From Escherichia phage vB_EcoM-172859UKE1: a stretch of DNA of 64,000 nt. Under the pieces are notes generated by a model. That model had not been told where the DNA came from. It did no database searches and saw only the letters and a list, made by a program, of their open reading frames with translations. The stretch lies in sequence record MZ234025.1; one strand, written 5' to 3'. Below are positions 17,097-26,349 of this stretch, in pieces (position 1 is the first letter of the stretch; each line of letters starts with the position of its first letter). The translations under genes were made by a program, and so were the position numbers.

Positions 17097-17522
17097 ATGG
17101 CTTTTAAAGGTTTTGAAGTTGGTAAGAAATATCGTATTATCAAAGGACAGGAAGATAATTTCTTGAGAATTCTTAATACGACTGGTAAACGTCTTAATAC
17201 TAATCTGCATACTACTTTATTGTCCAAAGATTTTATTGTGGAAGAGATGATTGGTTACGGCGTTTCTGTGATTGCTGTAGAAGCCGTAGGCGATTATGGC
17301 CGAACTATTCATAGTATGCAAGGTGATATTCTGCTTTATGGTGCAGAATTTAAATTCTTTGAAGAAGTTCCGGAACCAGATACAGCTGTCGATTTCAAAA
17401 AAGGCTCTATAGAATTTGTTGATGGTTCGGTGATCGTATCAGGCGATGTGGTCATTACAGTTAAAAGTGAACAAGGGCGTTTGGCTGCAATTGATGCACT
17501 TCAGAAAATTAAATTTAAATAA
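17097..17522 (+). CDS. hypothetical protein (141 aa; position and length of T4 goF)
   Basis: ORF directly upstream of gene 39; assignment positional only. Confidence 0.4.
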   Translation: MAFKGFEVGKKYRIIKGQEDNFLRILNTTGKRLNTNLHTTLLSKDFIVEEMIGYGVSVIAVEAVGDYGRTIHSMQGDILLYGAEFKFFEEVPEPDTAVDFKKGSIEFVDGSVIVSGDVVITVKSEQGRLAAIDALQKIKFK

Positions 17523-17541
17523 GGGCTTCGGCCCTTTTTGC
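17523..17541 (+). terminator. Terminator hairpin gggcTTCGgccc + T run
   Basis: Hairpin with UUCG loop after stop. Confidence 0.6.
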
Positions 17542-17585
17542 TTTAGATTTCGGATGATAGAATACCTTCATAACGAGGAGACAAC

Positions 17586-19403
17586 ATGATTAAAAATGAA
17601 ATTAAGGTATTGTCAGATGTAGAACATATTAAGAAACGCAGTGGCATGTATATTGGTTCTTCGGCCAAAGAAGCCCACGAGCGTTTTTTGTTTGGTAAAT
17701 ATCAACAAGTTGAATATGTTCCTGGTCTGGTTAAATTAATCGATGAGATTATTGACAACTCGGTTGATGAAGCTATTCGTACATCATTTAAGTTTGCAAA
17801 TAAAATTGATGTGCAAATTAAAAATAATCAAGTTTCGGTGGAAGATAACGGACGTGGTATTCCTCAAGGTTTAGTTACCGACCAAAATGGTGAACAGATT
17901 CCTGGGCCTGTAGCAGCCTGGACTATTCCAAAGGCTGGTGGTAACTTTGGCGATGACTCTGAACGCAAGACTGGTGGTATGAACGGCGTCGGGAGTAGTT
18001 TAACTAATATCTTCTCTACGTTGTTTACAGGCATCACGTCAGATGGCGAAAATGAAATCACTGTTAACTGTTCAAACGGAATGGAAAACAAATCATGGTC
18101 TTCTAAGAAATCTAAAGGTAAAGGCACTAAAGTAATCTTCACTCCTGATTTCACTTCATTTGAAGAGCATAATTTATCTCAAATTTATTTAGATATTACT
18201 TTAGACCGACTTCAAACATTGGCAGTCGTTTATCCTGACATCAAGTTCACATTTAATGGTAAAAAGGTTGATGGTAATTTTAAACGATTTGCTAAACAAT
18301 TTGGTGAAGATAACATCATTCAAGAAAATGATAAAGTCTCTATAGCATTCACAACATCACCAGATGGCTTCCGTCATTTAACTTATGTGAATAACATCCA
18401 TACTAAAAATGGTGGTCATCATGTTGAATGCGTAATGGATGATATCTGCGAACATCTTTTGCCAGGTATTAAAAAGAAATATAAGGGTATTGAAGTCACT
18501 AAAGCTCGTGTTAAAGAATGTCTCACAATGTTGATGTTTATTAGAGACATGAGCAATATGCGTTTTGATTCTCAGACTAAAGAACGTTTAACGTCAACGT
18601 ATGGTGATATTCGTAATCATATCCAATTAGATGCTAAGAAAATTGCTCAGGCACTTCTTAAAAACGAAGCCTTGATTATGCCTATTGTTGAAGCAGCATT
18701 AGCTCGTAAATTGGCGGCAGAAAAGGCTGCGGAAACTAAAGCAGCTAAAAAGGCAACTAAAGCTAAGGTTCATAAGCATATTAAAGCTAACCAATGTGGT
18801 AAAGACGCAGATACGACATTGTTCTTAACAGAAGGTGATTCGGCAATTGGTTATCTCATTGATGTTCGTGACCGTGAACTACACGGCGGATTCCCATTAC
18901 GTGGTAAGGTGATGAATAGCTGGGGTATGTCGTATGCTGATATGATGAAGAACAAAGAGCTCTTTGATATCTGTGCTATCACAGGTCTTATTCTTGGTGA
19001 AAAGGCAGAGAATACGAACTATCGTAATATTGCAATTATGACCGATGCCGATCATGATGGTCTTGGAAGTATTTATCCGGCTTTGCTTGCTTTCTTTAGT
19101 AATTGGCCCGAATTGTTCGAACAAGGACGTATTCGCTTTGTTAAAACGCCTGTAATTATTGCACAAATTGGCAAAACTCAAAAATGGTTTTATACTGTAG
19201 CTGAGTATGAAGAAGTTAAAGATACACTGCCTAAGCATAGTATTCGATACATCAAGGGATTGGGCTCCCTTGAAAAGTCAGAATATCGTGAAATGATTCA
19301 GAATCCTGTGTACGACGTAGTTAAACTTCCTGAAAATTGGAAAGAACTCTTTGAAATGTTGTTGGGTGATGATTCAGAACTTCGTAAAGAATGGATGTCC
19401 TAA
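17586..19403 (+). CDS. 39: DNA topoisomerase II large subunit, fused 39+60 form (GyrB-like ATPase + Toprim)
   Basis: GHKL ATPase motifs plus Toprim TEGDSA in one 605-aa ORF; no gene-60 bypass gap. Confidence 0.9.
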   Translation: MIKNEIKVLSDVEHIKKRSGMYIGSSAKEAHERFLFGKYQQVEYVPGLVKLIDEIIDNSVDEAIRTSFKFANKIDVQIKNNQVSVEDNGRGIPQGLVTDQNGEQIPGPVAAWTIPKAGGNFGDDSERKTGGMNGVGSSLTNIFSTLFTGITSDGENEITVNCSNGMENKSWSSKKSKGKGTKVIFTPDFTSFEEHNLSQIYLDITLDRLQTLAVVYPDIKFTFNGKKVDGNFKRFAKQFGEDNIIQENDKVSIAFTTSPDGFRHLTYVNNIHTKNGGHHVECVMDDICEHLLPGIKKKYKGIEVTKARVKECLTMLMFIRDMSNMRFDSQTKERLTSTYGDIRNHIQLDAKKIAQALLKNEALIMPIVEAALARKLAAEKAAETKAAKKATKAKVHKHIKANQCGKDADTTLFLTEGDSAIGYLIDVRDRELHGGFPLRGKVMNSWGMSYADMMKNKELFDICAITGLILGEKAENTNYRNIAIMTDADHDGLGSIYPALLAFFSNWPELFEQGRIRFVKTPVIIAQIGKTQKWFYTVAEYEEVKDTLPKHSIRYIKGLGSLEKSEYREMIQNPVYDVVKLPENWKELFEMLLGDDSELRKEWMS

Positions 19404-19430
19404 GCTCCTTCGGGAGCTTCATTTTAATTT
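19402..19430 (+). terminator. Terminator hairpin aagctccTTCGggagctt
   Basis: Perfect stem with UUCG loop then T-rich tract. Confidence 0.55.
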
Positions 19431-19445
19431 TAATAAGGCTTAATT

Positions 19446-20546
19446 ATGAAAGTTATGTTTATCCCATCTCGTGCAGCCCCATTTAATCCTGACCGTGTAC
19501 AAGGTGGCCTTGAAGCAGTACATTTAAATGTGTTGAAATATCTTGTGTCCATCGGTGCTGATATTGATTATATCGGCTTTGATAATGACACGTTTGGTGA
19601 CTGGAAAGTTACACACCATCCTGTTGGTCATCTGGCTAAATTCAGTCTAGGTATGAGTTATACTATGGCTCGTAAGATTGTTGAACTAGCCAGCATTAAT
19701 GAATACGATTTCGTTGTTACAATGGAACCGACCAAACTAACGGTCCAAGCAATTAAAGATGCTGGACTCTCTAAAGTTCATAAGAATTTTATGGCTACAC
19801 CGTTTGAACCAGTGTCTCGTGGTATTGTTCAAATTTGGGATCAGACTATCCAGATTCACAAGAACGGTGGGAAGAGCTATGCTCCTACTAAAGCATTCCG
19901 TGAATTTGAACGTAAATATTGTCATATGACTTCAGCTCTTACTGACAAAATTGATTATGACTACTGGCGTGAAAATCCATTATTTGAACCTGATGACTAC
20001 CCGGTTATTTGTTTGAATGAAAAACCTGAAGTTCTTCCGGCAACTGAGTTGATTATTAGTGCTCAACGTTATGACACTAAGATGCGTCGCACTGATGTTG
20101 CTCTTGAAGCAATTAAAGCACTAGGCGAAAATGGTATTGGTTATTGTCCAAGCAAATGGGCACCACCAGCTAAATATCCTGTTATTATTGATGCTCCACA
20201 CAGTGAAATCATGGAACGTCTTAAAACAGCTAAAGCACTTATTAATACATGCCCTGACACAGGTACGGTAGAGAATAGTTCTATTGAAGCTATCTCTAAA
20301 GGTGTCCCTGTAATCCAGTTAGTTTTTAAGGATTATCCTCATGCGACATTCGAATACGATCCAGATACTGTGCGTGTAGAAATTGATTCCTCTACTCCTA
20401 AGAAAGAAGTAGTTGCGCTTTACACAAAAGCTGTATTAGAATTCACTGACACATACGAAGCTCGAGTTAAACGTGCTGAAGCAGTATGGAAGAAGTATAA
20501 CCGAGATGCAGTTGTTGCGATGTGGGATAAAATCTTCACAGCGTAA
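19446..20546 (+). CDS. GT-B fold (GT4-like) glycosyltransferase; candidate DNA hmC sugar transferase
   Basis: N-terminal MKVMFIPS...GGLEAVHLNVL and C-terminal ENSSIEAISKGVPVI donor-binding motif typical of GT4 enzymes; located between 39 and rIIA. Confidence 0.55.
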   Translation: MKVMFIPSRAAPFNPDRVQGGLEAVHLNVLKYLVSIGADIDYIGFDNDTFGDWKVTHHPVGHLAKFSLGMSYTMARKIVELASINEYDFVVTMEPTKLTVQAIKDAGLSKVHKNFMATPFEPVSRGIVQIWDQTIQIHKNGGKSYAPTKAFREFERKYCHMTSALTDKIDYDYWRENPLFEPDDYPVICLNEKPEVLPATELIISAQRYDTKMRRTDVALEAIKALGENGIGYCPSKWAPPAKYPVIIDAPHSEIMERLKTAKALINTCPDTGTVENSSIEAISKGVPVIQLVFKDYPHATFEYDPDTVRVEIDSSTPKKEVVALYTKAVLEFTDTYEARVKRAEAVWKKYNRDAVVAMWDKIFTA

Positions 20547-20638
20547 ATCCTGAATAGCCTGAGGCACTATTACACATAAGATGATAAATTATATGGTCTT
20601 TAGTAATAGTGCCCTAGGAATCTACTGAAGAGAATATT

Positions 20639-20839
20639 ATGAGAACATATAACGTGGACTTGGAACTTTTTGATAAAGCAGTGCTCCGGGAATTCCGGCT
20701 TATCCAAAGATTTTTTGATATCGAGTCAGCAGAGTCCTTTAAAGAACGCTTTAAAGAAATTAGATATAAAATACAAACCGATACAGCTACTAAAGAAGAA
20801 CTTCTTGAAGTAGCAGAAATTTTTAAACGTAACTTGTGA
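20639..20839 (+). CDS. hypothetical protein (rIIA.1 position)
   Basis: 66-aa ORF directly upstream of rIIA. Confidence 0.4.
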   Translation: MRTYNVDLELFDKAVLREFRLIQRFFDIESAESFKERFKEIRYKIQTDTATKEELLEVAEIFKRNL

Positions 20840-20851
20840 TGAGAGAAAAAT

Positions 20852-23065
20852 ATGATTATTGAAACGGCTAAAGAAACGATTATTGGTTCAGGCGGTAAGA
20901 GCACAGCATTTACTATTCAAGGCAATAGCAAAGTTTATAAGATTTTGTCTAATGACCTTTATACAAACAAAGAATTGGCTTGTGTACGTGAATTAATCAC
21001 AAACTGTATCGATGGACAAATTCTTAACGGTTGCACTGATAAGTTTATTGTTCAGGCTCCAGGTCGTTTAGACCCACGTTTTGTAGTTCGAGACTTTGGT
21101 CCTGGTATGAGTGATTTCACCATTCGAGGTAATGACGAAGAGCCAGGAATCTATAACTCATATTTTGCTTCAACTAAAACATCGAGTAACGATTTCATTG
21201 GTGGATTCGGACTCGGCTCTAAAGCTCCACTAGCATATACCGATACGTTTAACCTTACGTCTTATCACAACGGTGAAGTTCGTGGTTACGTAATCTACCA
21301 AGATGACACGGGTCCACAAATTAAGCCAACCTTTGTAGATAAGATGGGCCCTGATGACCGTACGGGTGTAGAAGTAGTTGTACCGGTTAACCCAGAAGAT
21401 TTTGAAAAGTTCGCATCCGAAATTGCTTATGTTATGCGTCCTCTCGGCGATATTGCAGAAGTTCGTGGTGTTAAAGATATTAAATACTTCCCGGAATTCG
21501 ATGATGTTTATTTAGCCAAGGAAGCTCCATGGGGTGAACGTGGTAATATCATGGCTGTTTATGGCGGTATTGTATATCCAATCGGAAGTGTTATTAAAGA
21601 ACAAACATGGATGATGACACGATGCACTACAGCTTATATTAAATTCCCAATGGGTGAACTAGATGTTGCTCCGTCTCGCGAAGCATTGTCATTTGATAAA
21701 CGTACAGTAGCAAATATCCATAAACGCGTTGCAGAAATCGATGCTAAATTGTTCGCTGAAGATTCTAAGAAATGGATTGATTGTAAATACCCACGACATG
21801 TGTTCCGCGAAATTGATTCTCTTGGCTATACCGCTCGTAAATACATGGAAAAGGCCGGGTCTAATATTGAATCACTGAAATACTCTAAAGAACAACTAAC
21901 TTATTCTGAGTTGTACAAACGTTTTAAAATGGGACCTGAGTGGTGTAATCTTGGTGTCGTATACGATATCGTTGAATCCCCTCGTCTTCGTCGTATTCGT
22001 GAAAGTGGTAGCTCATCATCAACCATTTCAATTAACAGCCTGATTGGCATTAACATTAAAAACGTTGAAATTGTTATTGACGATGTTAAGGGACGCGTTC
22101 CATTAATGCGAGCTCTTAATTCAATTGAAATGTCTAAAGACGAGGTTAAATTATCCGGTAAAGTTCCACGCGGTTTTGGTAAAAGCGTACTATTCGTTGA
22201 CCCTACAGACGAAGACGCAATGAAACTTCTGGAACGCCTTAAAGTTATCTTTGATGGCGACAACATTAACATGTACAAGACTTCAGAGCTTTTACAAATC
22301 GTTAAGCCATGGATTGAAGTCAGGAAACGGACTAATGAGCCTCGTCCTAAATCCCCGAGTGCTCATCGATTCTTTAAGAATGAAAACGATGTTTGGGTAT
22401 CAGAAGACCTCTTTATTCCGGCAAGTGAAGCAGATGAAATCCAAGGTTATGCTATAGTTCGTAATCGTTCTAATGCTGAATGTCTTGACGCAGATAAAGG
22501 TTGGTTGAACTATGACTCCAATTTCTTGACCCGTATTGCTGATTTGTCAGGTATTAAAGAGTTCACTGTAGTTCGTCCACAGATTGCTAAGAAAGTTCGT
22601 AAACTTGGTGAAGTAGAATGCTTGTTCGAAAAATCAATTAATGACTATATTACGCTAATTGATAAAGTGGATTATGATGAGTATGTATCACCAAGTCGTA
22701 GAGCACAGCCTTATTTGAATCATATTACTCGTAACGAAGAGCTTAACTTCCTTAGTAAGTATTTTAGCTCTAAGAACAAAGAAATCAGTAAAGACTTTGC
22801 AAAACTCTCAACAGTAAATAATCGTTGGGGATGGAATCGATTCGCAGGTGCTACTAATACAGACCTGAATAAGAAGTTAGAATTGTGTGCTAAAATTTTC
22901 GATAAGCTTAAAGATAATGCTTACGATAATGATGATAAAATGGTTATTGAATTCGAAACCAATTATCATATTGTGTCAGAATACATGGGACGACGTGGTA
23001 CTCTTTCCAAAGAACAGGTCGCTCAAATCGTTAAATTCATGAAGGCCGTGGAAGCGGCCAAATAA
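20852..23065 (+). CDS. rIIA: RIIA lysis-inhibition/Rex-exclusion protein
   Basis: 737 aa with N-terminal GHKL-like ATPase region; followed by rIIB. Confidence 0.9.
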   Translation: MIIETAKETIIGSGGKSTAFTIQGNSKVYKILSNDLYTNKELACVRELITNCIDGQILNGCTDKFIVQAPGRLDPRFVVRDFGPGMSDFTIRGNDEEPGIYNSYFASTKTSSNDFIGGFGLGSKAPLAYTDTFNLTSYHNGEVRGYVIYQDDTGPQIKPTFVDKMGPDDRTGVEVVVPVNPEDFEKFASEIAYVMRPLGDIAEVRGVKDIKYFPEFDDVYLAKEAPWGERGNIMAVYGGIVYPIGSVIKEQTWMMTRCTTAYIKFPMGELDVAPSREALSFDKRTVANIHKRVAEIDAKLFAEDSKKWIDCKYPRHVFREIDSLGYTARKYMEKAGSNIESLKYSKEQLTYSELYKRFKMGPEWCNLGVVYDIVESPRLRRIRESGSSSSTISINSLIGINIKNVEIVIDDVKGRVPLMRALNSIEMSKDEVKLSGKVPRGFGKSVLFVDPTDEDAMKLLERLKVIFDGDNINMYKTSELLQIVKPWIEVRKRTNEPRPKSPSAHRFFKNENDVWVSEDLFIPASEADEIQGYAIVRNRSNAECLDADKGWLNYDSNFLTRIADLSGIKEFTVVRPQIAKKVRKLGEVECLFEKSINDYITLIDKVDYDEYVSPSRRAQPYLNHITRNEELNFLSKYFSSKNKEISKDFAKLSTVNNRWGWNRFAGATNTDLNKKLELCAKIFDKLKDNAYDNDDKMVIEFETNYHIVSEYMGRRGTLSKEQVAQIVKFMKAVEAAK

Positions 23066-23074
23066 GGAAACATT

Positions 23075-24022
23075 ATGTACAATATTAAATGCTTGTCCCA
23101 AGAAGAACAGTTAGAAGCTTACGGCCTGGTTGAATCAGGCAAATGGACTCGTAAAGAAATTGCCGATTACTTCGACATTTCAACAGATACTCTTCGTAAG
23201 ATTGTTAAGAATTTTAAAGCAGAAGGCGTTGTCCCTGAAGCAAACGATGCCTCTTATGTAATCGAAGAAGTTCCAGAAAATGATGAACCTATTATCGGCG
23301 GACATCGTCCTGAAATCGTATGGAACGCGTCATCTAAATTTATTTCAATTATTGAAGGACGCGTAGCATACAATGCGACTCCATCAAGTCATGCAAATTT
23401 TGAAGAAATTAAAGCTAATCTGGTCGCAGGAAACCTTAGTAAAGCTGTCGAACTTATTAACATCAAGAAAGCTATTAGTAAGTTTGTTGACGGTAATGTC
23501 GTTATTGAAGGTGGTAGTTTATTTTATCAAGGTATAGAGATTCGTTCTGGCCTGGTTAATCGTATTATTGATTCTATGGAAAAAGGCGAAGACTTTAAAT
23601 TCTATCTACCGTTCCTTGAAAACCTGTTAGAAAACCCAAGCGAAAAAGCTGTACAACGTTTATTCGACTTCTTGGTTGCAAATGATATTGAAATCACTGA
23701 AGATGGGCATTTCTACGCGTGGAAAGTAGTTCGTAAAGATTATTTAGATTGCTATAGCGGTACATTTGATAACTCACCAGGTAAAGTTGTTTCAATGCCT
23801 CGTACTCGTGTTAACGATGATGATACACAAACCTGCTCCCGTGGTCTACATGTTTGCGCTAAATCGTATATTCGTTACTTTGGTTCTAGCTCAGATAAAG
23901 TTGTTAAGGTTAAAGTTCATCCACGTGATGTTGTATCTATCCCAGTTGACTATGGCGATGCTAAGATGCGTACTTGTCGTTATGAAGTAATTTCAGACGT
24001 TACTGAATTATTTGCAGAATAA
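23075..24022 (+). CDS. rIIB: RIIB protein
   Basis: 315 aa, T4 synteny and length. Confidence 0.85.
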   Translation: MYNIKCLSQEEQLEAYGLVESGKWTRKEIADYFDISTDTLRKIVKNFKAEGVVPEANDASYVIEEVPENDEPIIGGHRPEIVWNASSKFISIIEGRVAYNATPSSHANFEEIKANLVAGNLSKAVELINIKKAISKFVDGNVVIEGGSLFYQGIEIRSGLVNRIIDSMEKGEDFKFYLPFLENLLENPSEKAVQRLFDFLVANDIEITEDGHFYAWKVVRKDYLDCYSGTFDNSPGKVVSMPRTRVNDDDTQTCSRGLHVCAKSYIRYFGSSSDKVVKVKVHPRDVVSIPVDYGDAKMRTCRYEVISDVTELFAE

Positions 24023-24027
24023 TAATT

Positions 24028-24050
24028 GGGGACTTCGGTCCCCTTTTTTC
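24028..24050 (+). terminator. Terminator ggggacTTCGgtcccc + T6 after rIIB
   Basis: Perfect hairpin, UUCG loop, T run. Confidence 0.75.
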
Positions 24051-24063
24051 TTTAGGGGTAATT

Positions 24064-24351
24064 ATGATTCATCCATTTGACGTATCAGAATCCAAAATTG
24101 CTAATCTTCGTGGTCATCATAAGTGTAAATCAGTTTATTGTGCTAAATTGGTAAAACATCCTGGCGATGCACACTATGGTTGGTTAGAATGCGACGAAGT
24201 TGTTATTGAAATCCCACTGGTAGATGCAGAATATCTTGAAGAAGGTGACCGCATTTATTTTGGCGAACTACACATCAGAGGTATCTATGGTAAAGACGAA
24301 CTTGGGACTGTTGAGACTGAAGAATCTTCCGACATTTATCCTGTCGAATGA
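24064..24351 (+). CDS. hypothetical protein (95 aa)
   Basis: ORF after rIIB terminator. Confidence 0.4.
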   Translation: MIHPFDVSESKIANLRGHHKCKSVYCAKLVKHPGDAHYGWLECDEVVIEIPLVDAEYLEEGDRIYFGELHIRGIYGKDELGTVETEESSDIYPVE

Positions 24352-24367
24352 GTTTTTGACTAGTGAA

Positions 24368-24844
24368 ATGAAGGTGAAGATTGCTGACACTGCTCGGTAT
24401 TCCCTGAGCCAAAATCCTGACCAAAACAAAGAAGACGTTGTTCGACGTTGTAAGGTTGCAGTCTTTGCAGAGTATGTAGTAGCAAATTGGCTAGACGGAT
24501 ATGTTAATAAAGGTAATGAAGACGTAGAAGACCCGTACACGTATGCATGGGACGTTTTAGCTCATCCTAAATACTGCGGGTTACGTGTCGAAGTCAAGAC
24601 GCACCAGATCGATTCTAAATGGATTTCGGTTACCACAGGATACAGTGGTGATTATCCAGGTGGCAACGGAATCAACATAGGGCCCTTCTTGAATCATCGA
24701 GTCGCAGATTGCATTATTATATTAGATGTCAAAGAAACCTCACCTGACGTCTTCTCTTATTCTATAAAGTTCGTGGGAGACCATGAGGACCTAAAGAAAA
24801 TCGTCCGCAAGAGCAACTACAACGGGTGGTATCTTCATCTTTAA
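24368..24844 (+). CDS. putative PD-(D/E)xK-type nuclease (position of T4 denB)
   Basis: D...EVK motif (DVLAHPKYCGLRVEVKTHQ); ATG 24368; positional equivalence to denB only. Confidence 0.35.
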   Translation: MKVKIADTARYSLSQNPDQNKEDVVRRCKVAVFAEYVVANWLDGYVNKGNEDVEDPYTYAWDVLAHPKYCGLRVEVKTHQIDSKWISVTTGYSGDYPGGNGINIGPFLNHRVADCIIILDVKETSPDVFSYSIKFVGDHEDLKKIVRKSNYNGWYLHL

Positions 24845-24856
24845 TTTCATAAAAGT

Positions 24857-24886
24857 GTTTACAACTAAGTAGGACTATGATATAGT
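24857..24886 (+). promoter_or_regulatory. Early promoter in stem-loop (GTTTAC 24857-24862, TATAGT 24881-24886)
   Basis: aggactat...atagtagtcct inverted repeat. Confidence 0.6.
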
Positions 24887-24912
24887 AGTCCTATCTAAAA
24901 GAGGATAACATT

Positions 24913-25176
24913 ATGAAATTTAAATTTTTCTACGCAAAACATAAAGTAACAGGCGAATTTGTTTCAATGTACAACACCGCCGATGACGAAGGGATGATTT
25001 ATACCCATTTGGGTCTATCTCATTGGGACTCAGACGTGCCTTATATGTCATCTGAAGCCGAAATAACTCGTTTAGTTAACGGACATATGAACGACCATTT
25101 TAGTGTTATTCTTTCTAAAGACCTTAAAGAGGTTATCAACAAAGGATATATGGAACTCGCGGAAGTTGAGATATGA
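24913..25176 (+). CDS. hypothetical protein (87 aa)
   Basis: ORF with SD aagaggataacattATG. Confidence 0.5.
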   Translation: MKFKFFYAKHKVTGEFVSMYNTADDEGMIYTHLGLSHWDSDVPYMSSEAEITRLVNGHMNDHFSVILSKDLKEVINKGYMELAEVEI

Positions 25177-25368
25177 GTTCTAAAATGTGGATCGGAATAT
25201 GGTTGCTTAGTATCCCTATGATTTGTATAATATCTTCAATTGCATTGAGGTACTTATGAAAAATGCACTTCTTATTGTACTAAGAACAATTTGTGATACG
25301 GGTTTTTACATTGCATGTTCGTTCACTGGAACATGGTTGGCTTTAACATATTTTAATGTAATTTAATT

Positions 25369-25398
25369 GTTTACATCAAGGTAGGATTATGGTATAGT
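25369..25398 (+). promoter_or_regulatory. Early promoter in stem-loop (GTTTAC 25369-25374)
   Basis: aggattatggtatagtagtcct cassette. Confidence 0.55.
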
Positions 25399-25426
25399 AG
25401 TCCTACTGAAACATGAGGAACACAAA

Positions 25427-25627
25427 ATGGCTAAGCTTTTTAAAGATGTTGAAATTGGTGAAAAATTTGTCCTGAATAATGGTCAGCAGCTTATTCGTGT
25501 AGCTTCTATCGCCGGACAAACTCATAACTGTATCGCCCCAACGTGTTGGACTCGATTCTTTATTGAAGATGACACTGAATGTTTAACTGTTGAAGAGCTT
25601 TTTGAACGTTCTGATATAGCCGAATAA
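25427..25627 (+). CDS. hypothetical protein (66 aa)
   Basis: SD catgaggaacacaaaATG. Confidence 0.45.
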   Translation: MAKLFKDVEIGEKFVLNNGQQLIRVASIAGQTHNCIAPTCWTRFFIEDDTECLTVEELFERSDIAE

Positions 25628-25629
25628 AA

Positions 25630-25666
25630 TTGTACAAACTCTTGAGAGCAGAGTATAATGCTCTCA
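25630..25666 (+). promoter_or_regulatory. Early promoter cassette TTGTACAAACTCTTGAGAGCAGAGTATAATGCTCTC
   Basis: TATAAT 25654-25659 inside gagagca/tgctctc stem; near-identical cassette at 53514. Confidence 0.65.
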
Positions 25667-25703
25667 TGGATTACAAAAACATTAATCAATTGAGGAAATT
25701 AGC

Positions 25704-26150
25704 ATGTCCAAATATTTAACTCGTAAAGACCTTCTGGCAGTTGGCGGTGAAGTTGTTGCAGTAGTTCGTAACGGCGAATACGGTTCTGAAGTTTCTAAAG
25801 AGTTTCGTTCTCGTGAAGGTTTTTACTTCTTTGTTAAAGGTTCATCTGATTGGCGACAAGTAGCAGCACGATTCTTTGTAGGACGTCAACGTTCTAAACA
25901 AGGGTTGGATGCAATTCTTTCTCACATTCGTCAAGGCCGTTCGCAACTAGCCCGTACTATGGGCACTAACAATATTGAATATGATGTAATCTTTGTTGCA
26001 GCTAAGAACATGAAACCACTGACCACTGGTTATGGTAAAGGTCAATTGACTCTGGCATTCACTCGCAACCATACATCAGAATATCAAACACTCACTGAAA
26101 TGAACCGTCTTCTGGCAGATAATTTCAAATTCATTCTGCAGAGTTACTAA
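25704..26150 (+). CDS. ndd: Ndd nucleoid disruption protein
   Basis: [11 protein letters not shown]...[14 protein letters not shown]...[20 protein letters not shown]...[11 protein letters not shown] matches T4 Ndd as recalled. Confidence 0.85.
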   Translation: MSKYLTRKDLLAVGGEVVAVVRNGEYGSEVSKEFRSREGFYFFVKGSSDWRQVAARFFVGRQRSKQGLDAILSHIRQGRSQLARTMGTNNIEYDVIFVAAKNMKPLTTGYGKGQLTLAFTRNHTSEYQTLTEMNRLLADNFKFILQSY

Positions 26151-26157
26151 TTTATAC

Positions 26158-26190
26158 AGGCCTATTAAGTTGGGCCTTTAATTTATTTTT
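26158..26190 (+). terminator. weak hairpin + T-rich tract after ndd
   Basis: aggcc/ggcct stem with 10-nt loop then tttaatttattttt. Confidence 0.3.
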
Positions 26191-26202
26191 GAGGTAATTA
26201 AA

Positions 26203-26349
26203 ATGATAGCATGGATTATTGCATTGCTGTGTTGGTCGTTTTTATTCGTTAACACTTTAGTTACAGGCGAAACAACAGTATTTCAACAGGCCGTATCACA
26301 AGGTACCTTAGCGGTCTTAGCTCTTCTTAACGTGTTAAAAGGCGAGTAA
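26203..26349 (+). CDS. small membrane protein (48 aa; ac-like position)
   Basis: Hydrophobic N-terminus; SD gaggtaattaaaATG; below ORF-track cutoff. Confidence 0.35.
   Translation: MIAWIIALLCWSFLFVNTLVTGETTVFQQAVSQGTLAVLALLNVLKGE

Noticed and set aside
19404-20851. Gene 60 with translational bypass and mobA between 39 and rIIA
   Set aside because: Topoisomerase Toprim region is fused into gene 39; the interval is occupied by a glycosyltransferase-like ORF and a small ORF.
24064-24844. Treating 24064..24351 and 24224..24844 as one frameshifted denB gene
   Set aside because: Cannot be established from sequence alone; kept as two ORFs and flagged the possibility in findings.
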